Assembly: GCA_032718475.1 (NCBI GenBank)
Contig: JAUCBJ010008709.1
Coordinates: 46,234-110,233, forward strand
From: Nemertoderma westbladi
Lineage: Eukaryota > Animalia > Xenacoelomorpha
Length of the DNA stretch: 64,000 nucleotides
Reading direction: 5' to 3'
The translations under genes and the position numbers were made by a program. A model generated the notes under the pieces. The model worked only from the letters and a program-made list of their open reading frames with translations, was not told where the DNA came from and searched no databases. Each line of letters starts with the position of its first letter. Positions within the stretch are counted from its first letter, which is position 1. This document shows, one piece after another, positions 34,534-49,800 of the stretch.

Positions 34534-37500
34534 TCTTTCTATGAATCTTAATGAGATTGCTTGAAATTCTAAATAGATATAGTTATTTCACTCAACTCCT
34601 CCATGAATCCGAATTTTTATCTTGCTCGCTTTTTTTTTTAGCTACAAGCGATTAATCTGTTCGATATTAAAAAGTTTAAACTATTATTGTTGCACAGATG
34701 ACTGGTATCATAATCTGTTCGATATTAACACGTTTAAACTATTATTGTTGCACAGATGACTGGTATCATAAACTGTTCGATATTAACACGTTTAAACTAT
34801 TATTGGTGCACAGATGACTGGTATCATAAACTGTTCGATATTAAAACGTTTAAACTATTATTGTTGCACAGATGACTGGTATCATAAACTGTTCGATATT
34901 AAAACGTTTAAACTATTATTGTTGCACAGATGACTGGTATCATAAACTGTTATATATTAAAACGTTTAAACTATTATTGTTGCACAGATGACTAGTACCA
35001 TATAATCTGTTCGATATTAAAACGTTTAAACTATTATTGTTGCACAGATGACTGGTACCATATAATCTGTTCGATATTAAAACGTTTAAACTATTATTGT
35101 TGCACAGATGACTGGTATCATAAACTGTTCGATATTAAAACGTTTAAACTATTATTGTTGCACAGAAGACTGGTATCATAAACTGTTCGATATTAAAACG
35201 TTTAAACTATTATTGTTGCACAGATGACTGGTACCATATAATCTGTTCGATATTAAAACGTTTAAACTATTATTGTTGCACAGATGACTGGTATCATAAA
35301 CTGTTCGATATTAAAACGTTTAAACTATTATTGGTGCACAGATGACTGGTATCATAAACTGTTCGATATTAAAACGTTTAAACTATTATTGTTGCACAGA
35401 TGACTGGTACCATATAATCTGTTCGATATTAAAACGTTTAAACTATTATTGTTGCACAGATGACTGGTATCATAAACTGTTCGATATTAAAACGTTTAAA
35501 CTATTATTGTTGCACAGAAGACTGGTATCATAAACTGTTCGATATTAAAACGTTTAAACTATTATTGTTGCACAGATGACTGGTACCATATAATCTGTTC
35601 GATATTAAAACGTTTAAACTATTATTGTTGCACAGATGACTGGTATCATAAACTGTTCGATATTAAAACGTTTAAACTATTATTGTTGCACAGAAGACTG
35701 GTATCATAAACTGTTCGATATTAACACGTTTAAGCTATTATTGTTGCACAGATAACTGGTATCATAAACTGTTCGATATTAAAACGTTTAAACTATTATT
35801 GTTGCACAGATAACTGGTATCATAAACTGTTCGATATTAAAACGTTTAAACTATTATTGTTGCACAGATAACTGGTATCATAAACTGTTCGATATTAACA
35901 CGTTTAAACTATTATTGTTGCACAGATAACTGGTATCATAAACTGTTCGATATTAAAACGTTTAAACTATTATTGTTGCACAGATGACTGGTACCATATA
36001 ATCTGTTCGATATTAAAACGTTTAAACTATTATTGTTGCACAGATGACTGGTATCATAAACTGTTTGATATTAAAACGTTTAAACTATTATTGTTGCACA
36101 GATGACTGGTATCATAATCTGTTCGATATTAAAACGTTTAAACTATTATTGTTGCACAGATGACTGGTATCATAAACTGTTTGATATTAAAACGTTTAAA
36201 CTATTATTGGTGCACAGATGACTGGTATCATAAACTGTTTGATATTAAAACGTTTAAACTATTATTGGTGCACAGATGACTGGTATCATAAACTGTTCGA
36301 TATTAAAACGTTTAAACTATTATTGTTGCACAGATAACTGGTATCATAATCTGTTCGATATTAACACGTTTAAACTATTATTGTTGCACAGATGACTGGT
36401 ATCATAAACTGTTTGATATTAAAACGTTTAAACTATTATTGTTGCACAGATGACTGGTATCATAATCTGTTCGATATTAAAACGTTTAAACTATTATTGT
36501 TGCACAGATGACTGGTATCATAAACTGTTTGATATTAAAACGTTTAAACTATTATTGGTGCACAGATGACTGGTATCATAAACTGTTTGATATTAAAACG
36601 TTTAAACTATTATTGGTGCACAGATGACTGGTATCATAAACTGTTCGATATTAAAACGTTTAAACTATTATTGTTGCACAGATGACTGGTATCATAATCT
36701 GTTCGATATTAACACGTTTAAACTATTATTGTTGCACAGATGACTGGTATCATAAACTGTTCGATATTAAAACGTTTAAACTATTATTGTTGCACAGATA
36801 ACTGGTATCATAAACTGTTCGATATTAAAACGTTTAAACTATTATTGTTGCACAGATGACTGGTATCATAAACTGTTTGATATTAAAACGTTTAAACTAT
36901 TATTGGTGCACAGATGACTGGTATCATAAACTGTTTGATATTAAAACGTTTAAACTATTATTGGTGCACAGATGACTGGTATCATAAACTGTTCGATATT
37001 AAAACGTTTAAACTATTATTGTTGCACAGATGACTGGTATCATAATCTGTTCGATATTAACACGTTTAAACTATTATTGTTGCACAGATGACTGGTATCA
37101 TAAACTGTTCGATATTAAAACGTTTAAACTATTATTGTTGCACAGATAACTGGTATCATAAACTGTTCGATATTAAAACGTTTAAACTATTATTGTTGCA
37201 CAGATGACTGGTATCATAATCTGTTCGATATTAACACGTTTAAACTATTATTGTTGCACAGATAACTGGTATCATAAACTGTTCGATATTAAAACGTTTA
37301 AACTATTATTGTTGCACAGATAACTGGTATCATAATCTGTTCGATATTAAAACGTTTAAACTATTATTGTTGCACAGATGACTGGTATCATAAACTGTTC
37401 GATATTAAAACGTTTAAACTATTATTGTTGCACAGATGACTGGTATCATAAACTGTTCGATATTAAAACGTTTTAACTATTATTGTTGCACAGATGACTG

Positions 37501-39417
37501 GTATCATAATCTGTTCGATATTAAAACGTTTAAACTATTATTGTTGCACAGATAACTGGTATCATAAACTGTTTGATATTAAAACGTTTAAACTATTATT
37601 GATGCACAGATGACTGGTATCATAATCTGTTCGATATTAACACGTTTAAACTATTATTGTTGCACAGATGACTGGTATCATAACCTGTTTGATATAAAAC
37701 GTTTAAACTATTATTGTTGCACAGATGACTGGTATCATAAACTGTTTGATATTAAAACGTTTAAACTATTATTGTTGCACAGATAACTGGTATCATAATC
37801 TGTTCGATATTAAAACGTTTAAACTATTATTGTTGCACAGATAACTGGTATCATAAACTGTTCGATATTAACACGTTTAAACTATTATTGTTGCACAGAT
37901 GACTGGTATCATAATCTGTTCGATATTAACACGTTTAAACTATTATTGTTGCACAGATGACTGGTATCATAAACTGTTTGATATTAAAACGTTTAAACTA
38001 TTATTGTTGCACAGATGACTGGTATCATAAACTGTCCGATATTAAAACGTTTAAACTATTATTGGTGCACAGATGACTGGTATCATAAACTGGTTGATAT
38101 TAAAACGTTTAAACTATTATTGATGCACAGATGACTGGAGTAGTAATGGTTACCCCTTTTCGGCGACAGTTGGACCTACTTCGCACCTTGGGTGTTAAGT
38201 AGGTCATTAATTAATTAAACAATTAATTAATTGGTCGATTAAACAATTAATTAATTGTTTAATCAATCGATTTGTATCAAATAATGTTGCCAAAGGCAAT
38301 TTAATTTGACACAAATCAATCAGATAGGGACGCGAGATGAATAAATTGTACTACAGCAAACGAAATATACAACACAATAGGCACTGTACAATATAATATA
38401 CAATACATTTGTATTATTTTTGCCATACAGTAGGTAAAGGTAGAATTAAATATAAACATGCGAGCGGGGCCCAAAACATAAATTACCCTCACTCGAAAAT
38501 AAAGTGGACCAGTTTGGCCCTGAGTCATCCCTCAATAATCTGCGGTCGTTGGGCTCTTATTAGACGTAGCATGACTAATCCCATCGAATCCTATACTGTA
38601 TGTCAACGCGTGAATGGGACCTGCGATAGAGTTTAAATTATTCAAACCTACAGCTGTGGGTGGGGACTGCCTTGGTATGTTGCCTTGATAGCCTTTAGCT
38701 TCGTTATCATGTAAGATTGGAAACCTTCGGTTTGCATCTTACGCGCCAGCATCACCTCAATCGCACATAGGCCAACTACAACCATTAATTACCGCATATG
38801 CGAGCGCATATGTTAATTTAAACCTGCGCGCCTGATCGCACATAATTAAATAAGGCCCTCTTTTAATACATAAGTTATATACAGTTTATCTTCAATTTAT
38901 TGAATTTGTTTTTATTTACAACCCTAATTGTTCTACTGTATTATAATTTAAGTTTTATTATAACAAGCTATATCCTGTTAATCTTATTAATTTTATTTGT
39001 ACTGAGGTTTTCGAAGGCGCTGTTTCCAATGGTCCTACTCTCAAAACGATCTAACCTACTGTATAATTAATTACTTAAGTCTGCGAGGTATGCGTAAGTA
39101 ACAAATCTCGTTTACCAGTTTTCCTTAAAAAATATGAAGCTATATTGCTTAAGATTTCTGAGGGGCGAGCCATGAGGTAAGATGTTTGAGACTTTTTTAG
39201 ATATATTATTACTTAATTTTGACCCCCCAGTCGATATCTATTACAATATAGGCTATATCTTTTTGCGGAGTCACAGAGTAGTCTGAAGATCCGAGTCTGC
39301 TGCTAGAGGGTGAAATGTCTCAAAGTAAAAACCATACGGTAGCTATGAATTGGTTACTAGGCAATAATACTACATTTTGTATAGTTAGGCCTATTGCTGA
39401 TCGAACGAAAACTGCCC

Positions 39418-39491
39418 TGGTCCATGTGAGGATTGAACCCACGACCTATTGGAGATGTGAATTCAAAGCAACCACTACACCAAGGTGGAAC
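39418..39491 (-). other. tRNA-like sequence inside the Polinton derivative
   Basis: GTTCCACCTTGGTGTAGTGGTT...GTGGGTTCAATCCTCACATGGACC with A and B boxes and a partial acceptor stem. Confidence 0.6.
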
Positions 39492-39558
39492 AGTAACGTT
39501 TGAATTTGTTCGTTAACGTTCGAATTTGTAAGACTCTGATTTAAGACCTGAGGCACTC

Positions 39559-40016
39559 CCCACAACCACAACCACAGCCACAACCACAACCACAACCACA
39601 GCCACAACCACAGCCACAACCACAGCCACAGCCACAGCCACAGCCACAGCCACAACCACAACCACAGCCACAACCACAACCACAGCCACAGCCACAGCCA
39701 CAGCCACAACCACAGCCACAACCACAGCCACAGCCACAGCCACAACCACAGCCACAACCACAGCCACAACCACAACCACAACCACAGCCACAACCACAGC
39801 CACAACCACAGCCACAACCACAACCACAGCCACAACCACAGCCACAGCCACAACCACAACCACAACCACAGCCACAGCCACAGCCACAACCACAACCACA
39901 GCCACAGCCACAACCACAGCCACAACCACAGCCACAGCCACAGCCACAGCCACAACCACAGCCACAACCACAGCCACAGCCACAGCCACAACCACAGCCA
40001 CAACCACAGCCACAAC
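39559..40016. repeat. (CCACAR)n hexanucleotide microsatellite
   Basis: Mixed CCACAA/CCACAG units over about 455 bp. Confidence 0.97.
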
Positions 40017-40335
40017 TTCTCCCCACAGGAGAATATTTGTTTATCTGTTGTCAAAATGTTTAACTAATTTGATGTTTTGGTTACTCATTCATTATGCATT
40101 TAAAATAGGATCAGACAGGACTGATCATTTATAGTGGTTTATAATATATAATATATATTAGACCATTACACAAATTAAAATTACAAATACAATTACCCAC
40201 CACCACACAAAACGACTCAGAACTCAGGATCAAGTTGACTTTATTTGTTTAATTAAGCATATTATTATGAAATTACATAATTAATACGACTAAATATAAT
40301 AAATATTTCAAACATATACAATATTTCAGTTATAA

Positions 40336-41086
40336 TTAATGTCTCGCATTAACTGTACGACTGTTACTGTTCATAATCCTAGGTCGATATACAACAGTTG
40401 CTGGAGATATAACTTTTCCATTCCCTACTCTGATTTTCTGTCCATTTTCATTGTCATTCTCCTCTGATGCTTCCTCACTGTCATCGCTACTCTCCTTTGA
40501 TTCTTCCTCACTGTCATCGCTACTCTCCTCCGATTCATCCTCATCACTCTCATTTCCATCATTATCACTCTCCTTATGCGAATGTTTCTGCATTTCATTC
40601 AATTGTCTAATTATTTTCTGCAATTTATTTTTATTTCCTAATACATGTCTTAATATCTCCTCATTATCTGAGTCATTATCCTCACCACTTTCATGTTCCT
40701 CGACTTCTTTCTCGCTCTCATTTTCTTCACCACCACTCTCATTTTCTTCTTTCTCTATCTCACTCTCCGTTTCATCATTCTCACTTTCCTCTGATTTATC
40801 CTCTTCCTCACTCTCATCGTCCTTTTCACTATGTGGCTGTTTCTGTATATTTTTCAAAATATTCATGATTTTCTCGAATTTATGTTTCATCATTTGTTTA
40901 ATCTCTAGAAAATCACTCTCAACTCTCTTTTTGTTCTCTTCTTCACTAAAAATATCATCATTTTTTTTTTAATTTCTTTGGGGAAGGTTCCATTACACCT
41001 TCCTTTCTATGTATACTCATATGTCGGGATATACTGTCTCGTCTCATTTCTTTATTACAAACCAAACATCTTTCATAGCTAGGCAT
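40336..41086 (-). CDS. C2H2 zinc-finger / NLS / acidic-tract protein of the Polinton derivative (1-nt frameshift in an A10 run at 40961-40970)
   Basis: ATG at 41086 gives MPSYERCLVCNKEMRRDSISRHMSIH...PSPKKLKK. Removing one A joins this to the D/E/S-rich ORF 40336-40893. Confidence 0.7.
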
Positions 41087-44000
41087 TATATAGCAATGTC
41101 AATTGATATTATGAATTTTCGCTGAATGATTTTACAAAATTTTAAATAAATAAAACTTTTATGAAAATAAATAAAACTTTTAAAAATAAAAATTAGAGAA
41201 TGAATGAGAATGCGGTGAATGGGGGCTTTTATAGAGGGAGGCTAGAATGGAGTTGTGAAAAAAGAATAATCTATTGTAAACCAGATGTTTCTTGAATTTT
41301 TCTCAGGCGTATTTGACAATAAAGTGGGTGAAGGTGTGGCTGTGGCTGTGGTTGTGGCTGTTTATTATAATTTTCTTAGGCGAATTGATGTAATAACGAA
41401 GCTATAGGTTTGAATAATTTAAACTCTATCGCAGGTCCCATTCACGCGTTGACATACAGTATAGGATTCGATGTTTGGATTAGTCATGCTACGGTTAATA
41501 AGAGCCCAACAACCGCAGATTATTGAGGGATGACTCAGGGCCAAAATGGTCCACTTTATTTTCGAGTGAGGGTAATTTATGTTTTGGGCCCCGCTCGTGT
41601 CTTTATATTTAATTCTACCTTTACCTACTGTACAACAAAAATAATACAAATGTATTGTATATTATATTGTAATGTACAGTGCCTATTGTGTTGTATATTT
41701 TATCTACTGTAGTACAATTTATTCATCTCGCGTCCCTATCTGATTGATTTGTGTCAAATTAAATTGCCTTTGGCAACATTATTTGATACAAATCGATTGA
41801 TTAAACAATTAATTAATTGTTTAATCGACCAATTAATTAATTGTTTAATTAATTAATGACCTACTTAACACCCAAGGTGCGAAGTAGGTCCAACTGTCGC
41901 CGAAAAGGGGTAACCATTACTACTGACTGGTATCATAAACTGTTTGATATTAAAACGTTTAAACTATTATTGTTGCACAGATGACTGGTATCATAATCTG
42001 TTCGATATTAACACGTTTAAACTATTATTGTTGCACAGATGACTGGTATCATAAACTGTTTGATATTAAAACGTTTAAACTATTATTGTTGCACAGATGA
42101 CTGGTATCATAATCTGTTCGATATTAAAACGTTTAAACTATTATTGTTTCACAGATAACTGGTATCATAAACTGTTCGATATTAACACGTTTAAACTATT
42201 ATTGTTGCACAGATAACTGGTATCATAATCTGTTCGATATTAAAACGTTTAAACTATTATTGTTGCACAGATGACTGGTATCATAATCTGTTCGATATTA
42301 AAACGTTTAAACTATTATTGTTGCACAGATAACTGGTATCATAAACTGTTCGATATTAAAACGTTTAAACTATTATTGTTGCACAGATGACTGGTATCAT
42401 AAACTGTTCGATATTAACACGTTTAAACTATTATTGTTGCACAGATGACTGGTATCATAATCTGTTCGATATTAAAACGTTTAAACTATTATTGTTGCAC
42501 AGATAACTGGTATCATAAACTGTTCGATATTAACACGTTTAAACTATTATTGTTGCACAGATAACTGGTATCATAATCTGTTCGATATTAAAACGTTTAA
42601 ACTATTATTGTTGCACAGATAACTGGTATCATAAACTGTTCGATATTAACACGTTTAAACTATTATTGTTGCACAGATGACTGGTATCATAATCTGTTCG
42701 ATATTAACACGTTTAAACTATTATTGTTGCACAGATGACTGGTATCATAAACTGTTTGATATTAAAACGTTTAAACTATTATTGTTGCACAGATGACTGG
42801 GATCATAAACTGTTCGATATTAAAACGTTTAAACTATTATTGGTGCACAGATGACTGGTATCATAAACTGTTTGATATTAAAACGTTTAAACTATTATTG
42901 ATGCACAGATGACTGGTATCATAAACTGTTTGATATTAAAACGTTTAAACTATTATTGATGCACATATGACTGGTATCATAATCTGTTCGATATTAACAC
43001 GTTTAAACTATTATTGGTGCACAGATGACTGGTATCATAAACTGTTCGATATTAAAACGTTTAAACTATTATTGTTGCACAGATAACTGGTATCATAAAC
43101 TGTTCGATATTAAAACGTTTAAACTATTATTGTTGCACAGATGACTGGTATCATAAACTGTTCGATATTAAAACGTTTAAACTATTATTGTTGCACAGAT
43201 AACTGGTATCATAAACTGTTCGATATTAAAACGTTTAAACTATTATTGATGCACAGATGACTGGTATCATAAACTGTTCGATATTAAAACGTTTAAACTA
43301 TTATTGTTGCACAGATAACTGGTATCATAAACTGTTCGATATTAAAACGTTTAAACTATTATTGTTGCACAGATGACTGGTATCATAAACTGTTTGATAT
43401 TAAAACGTTTAAACTATTATTGATGCACATATGACTGGTATCATAATCTGTTCGACATTAAAACGTTTAAACTATTATTGTTGCACAGATGACTGGTATC
43501 ATAATCTGTTCGATATTAAAACGTTTAAACTATTATTGTTGCACAGATAACTGGTATCATAAACTGTTCGATATTAAAACGTTTAAACTATTATTGTTGC
43601 ACAGATGACTGGTATCATAATCTGTTCGATATTAAAACGTTTAAACTATTATTGTTGCACAGATAACTGGTATCATAAACTGTTCGATATTAACACGTTT
43701 AAACTATTATTGTTGCACAGATAACTGGTATCATAATCTGTTCGATATTAAAACGTTTAAACTATTATTGTTGCACAGATAACTGGTATCATAAACTGTT
43801 CGATATTAACACGTTTAAACTATTATTGTTGCACAGATGACTGGTATCATAATCTGTTCGATATTAACACGTTTAAACTATTATTGTTGCACAGATGACT
43901 GGTATCATAAACTGTTTGATATTAAAACGTTCAAACTATTATTGTTGCACAGATGACTGGGATCATAAACTGTTCGATATTAAAACGTTTAAACTATTAT

Positions 44001-44795
44001 TGGTGCACAGATGACTGGTATCATAAACTGTTTGATATTAAAACGTTTAAACTATTATTGATGCACAGATGACTGGTATCATAAACTGTTCGATATTAAA
44101 ACGTTTAAACTATTATTGTTGCACAGATGACTGGTATCATAAACTGTTCGATATTAACACGTTTAAACTATTATTGTTGCACAGATGACTGGTATCATAA
44201 TCTGTTCGATATTAACACGTTTAAACTATTATTGTTGCACAGATGACTGGTATCATAAACTGTTTGATATTAAAACGTTCAAACTATTATTGTTGCACAG
44301 ATGACTGGGATCATAAACTGTTCGATATTAAAACGTTTAAACTATTATTGGTGCACAGATGACTGGTATCATAAACTGTTTGATATTAAAACGTTTAAAC
44401 TATTATTGATGCACAGATGACTGGTACCATAAACTGTTCGATATTAAAACGTTTAAACTATTATTGTTGCACAGATGACTGGTATCATAAACTGTTCGAT
44501 ATTAAAACGTTTAAACTATTATTGTTGCACAGATGACTGGTATCATAAACTGTTCGATATTAAAACGTTTAAACTATTATTGTTGCACAGATGACTGGTA
44601 TCATAAACTGTTCGATATTAACACGTTTAAACTATTATTGTTGCACAGATGACTGGTATCATAAACTGTTCGATATTAAAACGTTTAAACTATTATTGTT
44701 GCACAGATGACTGGTATCATAAACTGTTTGATATTAAAACGTTTAAACTATTATTGTTGCACAAATGACTGGTATCATAAACTGTTCGATATTAA

Positions 44796-46520
44796 CCCTA
44801 TTACCACTGGGGTGTTTTGACCATTAGCACCACTGGGGGGGGGGGGGGGGGGGGCGATTCGGCCCACCCACTATATTTTTGTAGTCGTCCAATGAAATCC
44901 TACAAAATTTGGGCTGTTGGTGAAACAACTATAGATGAACACTACCAAACCTTAAAAAATTAAAATTTCATAAGCAGGGACTCATAATTTTGATGAAAAA
45001 TAAAAGTAGTCCCAGGACAAAATTACAAAATTTTTTTCGTTTTCTAAAAACTAATAGTGAGGCAGTGTTGTCTAGATTTAGTAGGTTTTTCAAGACGCTG
45101 AATCGAATGTGATTATATTCCACCTCCAAAAATTGAAGTGGATGCTATTTTTCGTGCACCTAAGAAGTGGGCGTGGCACTTCAAATTTTGAAAAATTAGA
45201 TATTCAGAAAATGCCCCTAATTTTTTTATTTCAACGCATCTTTATGGGTTTTCTGGGCCGCTGAATCGATTGAAAGTAATATAGAAGCCTGAAGACTGAG
45301 TGGTTCGCCATTTTTGGTGCACCAAAATTAGGGCGTGGCACTTCAAATTTTGAAAAAAACGAGATTCGGAAAATAAACCAAAATTGAAATTTTAACGAAT
45401 TTATTTAGGTTTTCCAGACCGCTGAATCGATTGAAAGTAATATAGAAGCCTGAAGACTTAGAAGTTAGCCATTTTTTGAAATCAAAACTTTAGTGTTTTT
45501 TCCGAATAAAGTAATTTTGAAAATTTGAAGTGCCACGCCCTAATTTTGGTGCACCGAAAATTACGTACACAAAGGATTTGAGGCTTCTATATTACTTTCA
45601 ATCGATTCAGCGCTCCAGAAAACCTATAAAATTAATTTGAAATCAAAACTTTAGTGAATTTTCCGAATCTCGTATTTTTCAAAATTTGAAGTGCCACGCC
45701 CTAATTTTGGTGCACCAAAAATGGCGAACCACTAAGTCTTCAGGCTTCTATATTACTTTCAATCGATTCAGCGCTCCAGAAAACCTATAAAAATGCTTTG
45801 CAAATCAAAACTTTAGTGTATTTTCCGAATCTCGTATTTTTCAAAATTTGAAGTGCCACGCCCTAATTTTGGTGCACCAAAAATGGCGAACCACTAAGTC
45901 TTCAGGCTTCTATATTACTTTCAATCGATTCAGCGCTCCAGAAAACCTATAAAAATGCTTTGCAAATCAAAACTTTAGTGTATTTTCCGAATCTCGTATT
46001 TTTCAAAATTTGAAGTGCCACGCCCTAATTTTGGTGAACCAAAAATGGCGAACCACTAAGTCTTCAGGCCTCTATACTACTTTTAATCGATTCAGCGCTC
46101 CAGAAAACCAATAAAAATGCTTCGAAATTAGAACTTTAGTAAATTTTCCGAATAAAGTAATTTTGAAATTTTAAAGTGCCACGCCCTAAATTTGGTGCTC
46201 CAAAAATGACGTACCACTACACTTACATACTTGTATAGAGCCTTAGAGTGATCCAAACCCATAAAAATAAATAAAAATAGCCCAAACATAAATAATTACT
46301 AAATCACGAATGACTTTGTAAAATTCGAAAATTTCAAAAAATTTGGCACCCACATCGAAAAGTAGAATTCCAATTGCAACGGCGTTTTTTGCAAAAGATG
46401 CGGCATTAAATTTGGCTAATTCTCACAAAAAATTGGGCCGGTACGTAATGTGGTTGCATAGTTACAGCAACTAAAAACTAGGAAGGGGCCGATTCGGCTC
46501 CCCCCCCAGTGGTAATAGGG
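44796..46520. mobile_element. Non-autonomous piggyBac element (1.7 kb)
   Basis: TTAA TSD; TIR CCCTATTACCACTGGGG; internal ~162-bp repeats in two opposed arrays; no transposase ORF. Confidence 0.93.
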
Positions 46521-46827
46521 TTAACACGTTTAAACTATTCTGGTATCATAAACTGTTCGATATTAAAACGTTTAAACTATTATTGTTGCACAGATGACTG
46601 GTATCATAAACTGTTCGATATTAAAACGATTTAACTATTATTGTTGCACAGATGACTGGTATCATAAACTGTTTGATATTAAAACGTTTAAACTATTATT
46701 GATGCACAGATGACTGGTATCATAAACTGTTTGATATTAAAACGTTTAAACTATTATTGTTGCACAGATGACTGGTATCCTAAACTGTTTGATATTAAAA
46801 CGTTTAAACTATTATTGTTGCACAGAA

Positions 46828-49800
46828 TGTCCCGAAATAACACAGGGTAGTTGCGATTTCCAGACTTAAAATAAACGCGATGGTTTGTTGTTACCGCGTA
46901 TGTGTTTGATAGCATTTGGGAGAGCGATTTATATAATAAGGGGTTAAGTAAAAATACTTCCTGATTCACTTATTCAATTAAGGGTATAGTATACATACAT
47001 GTTGTTTAGGCCTATTTACTGACACCATGACAGACATACACAGCAGAAATCAACGTAGTCATAAGCAAGTTAAAAGAATAATAATAAAAACATAAACCGG
47101 TACCCACTTCATATCAGAATAACTGTAATCGGATAATTACTTACGTCATACTAAAAATAACTTAAAAGAAGAGCGAGATTCAAAAACAAACGCTTTCTTA
47201 TATAACAAAATACATAATGAAATAATATTTTGTACATTCCCGCCAGCCAAGGAATAAACTAAGTAAATATTTCCTCAATAAACTAATCATAAGAAATTTA
47301 ACACATACAGTAAATAACTCAATAATTCCCCCAAAAACTAATTGTAAGAAAATAACACATACAGAAAATAACTCAAATTGCATAACATATACTAATGAAC
47401 TTTGAAACATAGCACAATATATCAACTAAAATAGTTTACATAGAAAATATAAATCTATATCTCTGAGACTGATGAATCGCTATTCGAAACATCCTCGTAA
47501 TATTCTTTCAGTTTCTCACGGGATCGTATTGCGGCTACACGATGGGGTTTTGTAGTGTTAACTTGCGGTGAACGAATCGGTGGGACAATTGGGACATCCG
47601 ATAGATCCACTAATGGTGAAACGGGACACTCTAGAGGGTACAAGAGTTTGATAGGACGTTTAGAGAGTCCAGTTTGGGTCTTTACGGATACAGAACGTAT
47701 CCATCCGTCTTTACTAGGAAAGAGTTCAATGACCTTGCCGAGAGGCCATTGCATGCGGGGTCTACGGGAACCAACTAGGACGATATCTCCTACTTTTGGG
47801 ATATGTTTGGGTTCAGAAGAATTCCATCGATGGAACTCTCGTAAAGAAGTTAAATACTCATGGTTCCAACGTGACCAGCAATCAGAAATAAGTGTGATAA
47901 CACGCTGATGACGTTTAGTAAGGGATCGTCTCTCACCATAAGAAGGATCTTTATTAAAATCCTTATCGATGAGGGGTAAAGGCAACCCAGTTAGACGACG
48001 ACCATATAGGAGTTGAGAAGGTGTCAGGGGTAAGGGCTCGTCCCTATCCGCAGTAACGTAAGTAAGGGGTCTGTCATTCATGTAAGCTTCAACTTCATAG
48101 GCTACAGTAACCAACTCTTGATAAGTAATATAAGCTCGACCTAACACTTTCTTTAGTACAATCTTAGCAATACCGATCAACCGTTCCCAGAATCCTCCCA
48201 TCCAAGGTGAGGCAACTGGAATAAAAGTCCAAATCATACGTCGTGATAATAAATAATTTTGAACAGTTGCTGTAGAATGTACAGTCTTTAGATCTAAATC
48301 AGCTGAAATAAAGGCGGAGGGGTTGTCGCTTAGCAACCGAGACGGACAACCAGAACGAGCGGTAAAACGTCGTAATGCGAACAAGAATGATTCAGTAGAA
48401 TTATCTGGCACTACTTCTAATCGTACAGCTCTAACAGTAGTGCAAGTAAACAAAGCTATGTAGGCTTTGGTGCGATCTCTGAGTAATATATGACCAGTGT
48501 AGTCTAAGCCAGTAGTTTCGAATGGAACGGAACCTGAAACCCGAAACTCAGGAAGTGGTGGAGGTGGCGGTACTGGATAAGGTCGACCAATAACACGATT
48601 ACACGTCGCACACGGACGAATAATAGAACGAACTCTCTGTCTTATCTGTGGAATCCACCAACGCTGGCGTAACTGAACGATGGTGTCAGACAGACCGCAA
48701 TGGAAATTAAACTTATGAGTGGATAATATAATCAGTTCAGTGAAAATATGTTTGCTTGGAAGTATCGCGGGGAACTTAGTTTGCCAAGGAATATTAGAAT
48801 GTTCAATACGACCTCTAGAACGTATAATATTGTCGTCATCTAGGAATAACCGTAACTGACGCACTAACGGGGGTATTTTACCTTTCTCAGTACTAGAATA
48901 ATTAAGAGATAGTAAATAATTGCTCTCTTTACTAAATATATTGCTTTGTACGCGTCGCAATAGGAATATCTCTGCTAATACGATATCGTTTACTGTAAGT
49001 GGACTAGAAAGAACTTTCCCTCCTCCGACCGGCGCAATTGTGGGATATACACGTTTGTGACTGTTATTAGTAAAACTATCCTTTAGGCGGCGAACAAAAC
49101 GCAATACCAATGCAGTAACACGTAAGAGTTTATTATAGTCACTATAATCTGATATGTTGATGACGTCATCAACATCAGAACCTGTTTCATCCAACGTAGG
49201 TAAAGAGCTAACCGTGGTATCCATAGCAACCGTTTCTTCCTTGAAAACAATTTTTTGAATTGGCCAATCAGAAACGCACATCAACCAGACCGGCCCACAA
49301 GTCCAAAAATCGGAGGACAATAATTTGATAGCAGTAATACCTCTAGTTAGCATGTCTGCCGGATTGTCCTTAGTTGGTACATAGCGAAATATTGCATTAG
49401 GACATAGTTGGTGAATTTCATCCACACGATTCTTTACATAGACGTTATTAACACAACCATTCATTGTCCAGTGTAGAGCTATTTCACTATCTGACCATAA
49501 AAAGATATTGGCTGGAATGAATTGGAAACTAAATACCTGTGTAATGTACACCAAAAGTCTTGCGCCAATGGATAATGCAGTGAGTTCGAGTTTGGGAAGG
49601 GAAGGGGCTTTACACTTAACGGGGACAACTTTAGCTCTAGCTATGACTAAGTCAGAGTTTTGGTTGTTCACACAATAAACAACTGCACCATATGCCGTTT
49701 TAGAGGCATCGCAAAAACAATGTAAACATGCACCATTACTTAAAGTCAATTGACGTTTGACTGAAAATGATGAAAGTAAATTGATATCAGAAACTTGTTT

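Larger units (their letters stand above)
38139..41924. mobile_element. Non-autonomous Polinton/Maverick derivative (3.8 kb)
   Basis: AGTAGT...ACTACT termini, ~515-bp TIRs (38139-38654 and 41400-41924), 6-bp TSD GACTGG; no pPolB or integrase. Confidence 0.9.

Noticed and set aside
39446-40054. (WL)n, (VA)n and (CG)n ORFs
   Set aside because: Translation artefacts of a stop-free hexamer microsatellite
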